A stretch of DNA of 63,079 nt, filler included, from Octopus bimaculoides (Eukaryota): the NCBI RefSeq assembly GCF_001194135.2. It is 7 parts of 6 records of this genome, joined end to end, with 100 filler letters (N's around TTAATTAATTAA, not from the genome) between each part and the next. Parts side by side here need not be neighbours in the genome. Positions count along the whole stretch, not along the records: positions 61,053 to 63,079 come from NC_068985.1; 6 more parts are not named here. One strand, 5' to 3'. A program made the position numbers and the translations under genes. Below, one piece after another: positions 62,712-63,079 of this stretch (its first letter is position 1; every line of letters starts with the position of its first letter). The notes beneath the pieces were generated by a model. The model had not been told where the DNA came from and made no database searches. It was given only the letters and a program-made list of their open reading frames with translations.

Positions 62712-62932
62712 GTTTCATATTTCAGCACAAGGCCAGCAATTTCAGTAAAGTAAGGGGATGAGGCGGTAAATCGATGACAGCGATTCCTGCACTCAACTGG
62801 GTGGGATTTTATCGAACCCAAAGGGATCAAATGCGTAGTTGACCTCGATGGAATTTGAGCTTAGAGCATAAAGACAGACGAAATACCGTTAAGCATTTTG
62901 TCCGACGCGCTAACGATACTGGCAGCTCGCAA
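62712..62932 (-). mobile_element. SINE family A, diverged
   Basis: cagcacaaggccagcaatttc...gttgacctcgatggaatttgagcttagagcataaagacagacgaaataccgttaagcattttgtccgacgcgctaacgatactggcagctcgc. Confidence 0.82.
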
Positions 62933-63038
62933 CTCGCACCCTATGTGTGTGTTATGTAGAGAATAGGTTTTTAGTTATCGGTACGCACTTTTGACTCATC
63001 GTAAATATGTCAAAATATTTTAGTCTATGATATGATTT

Positions 63039-63079
<41 letters not shown>

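Overview
This is AT-rich, gene-poor animal genomic DNA, most likely octopus or another coleoid cephalopod. That assignment is an inference from the SINE families and the N-terminus of the C2H2 zinc-finger relic; I ran no database search. I found no intact protein-coding gene, rRNA, genuine tRNA gene or CRISPR array. Nearly all ORFs in the supplied track are translated microsatellites or N-runs. The window is a mosaic of: (1) dozens of tRNA-derived SINE copies in at least three families, one carrying an internal (TA)n(TG)n tract; (2) LINE relics: L1/Tx1-like, RTE (BovB-like and Rex3/Expander-like), R4/Dong-like and a CR1/L2-group 3' end; (3) DNA-transposon relics: two mariners, a DD37D maT element, a Tc1-like N-terminus, Helitron pieces, hAT-, Merlin- and Tigger-type MITEs and three foldback elements; (4) one disrupted C2H2 zinc-finger gene; (5) extensive simple repeats. 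Six identical 100-bp spacers (44 N + TTAATTAATTAA + 44 N) are artificial joins, so adjacency across them is not biological evidence. The most interesting signal is two unrelated ~450-525 bp palindromes (46735-47188 and 56274-56798). Each arm of each carries a minimal type-I hammerhead-ribozyme-like motif pointing outward, the layout expected of Penelope-like retroelement remnants. All motif calls were made by eye and coordinates of degenerate repeats are approximate.
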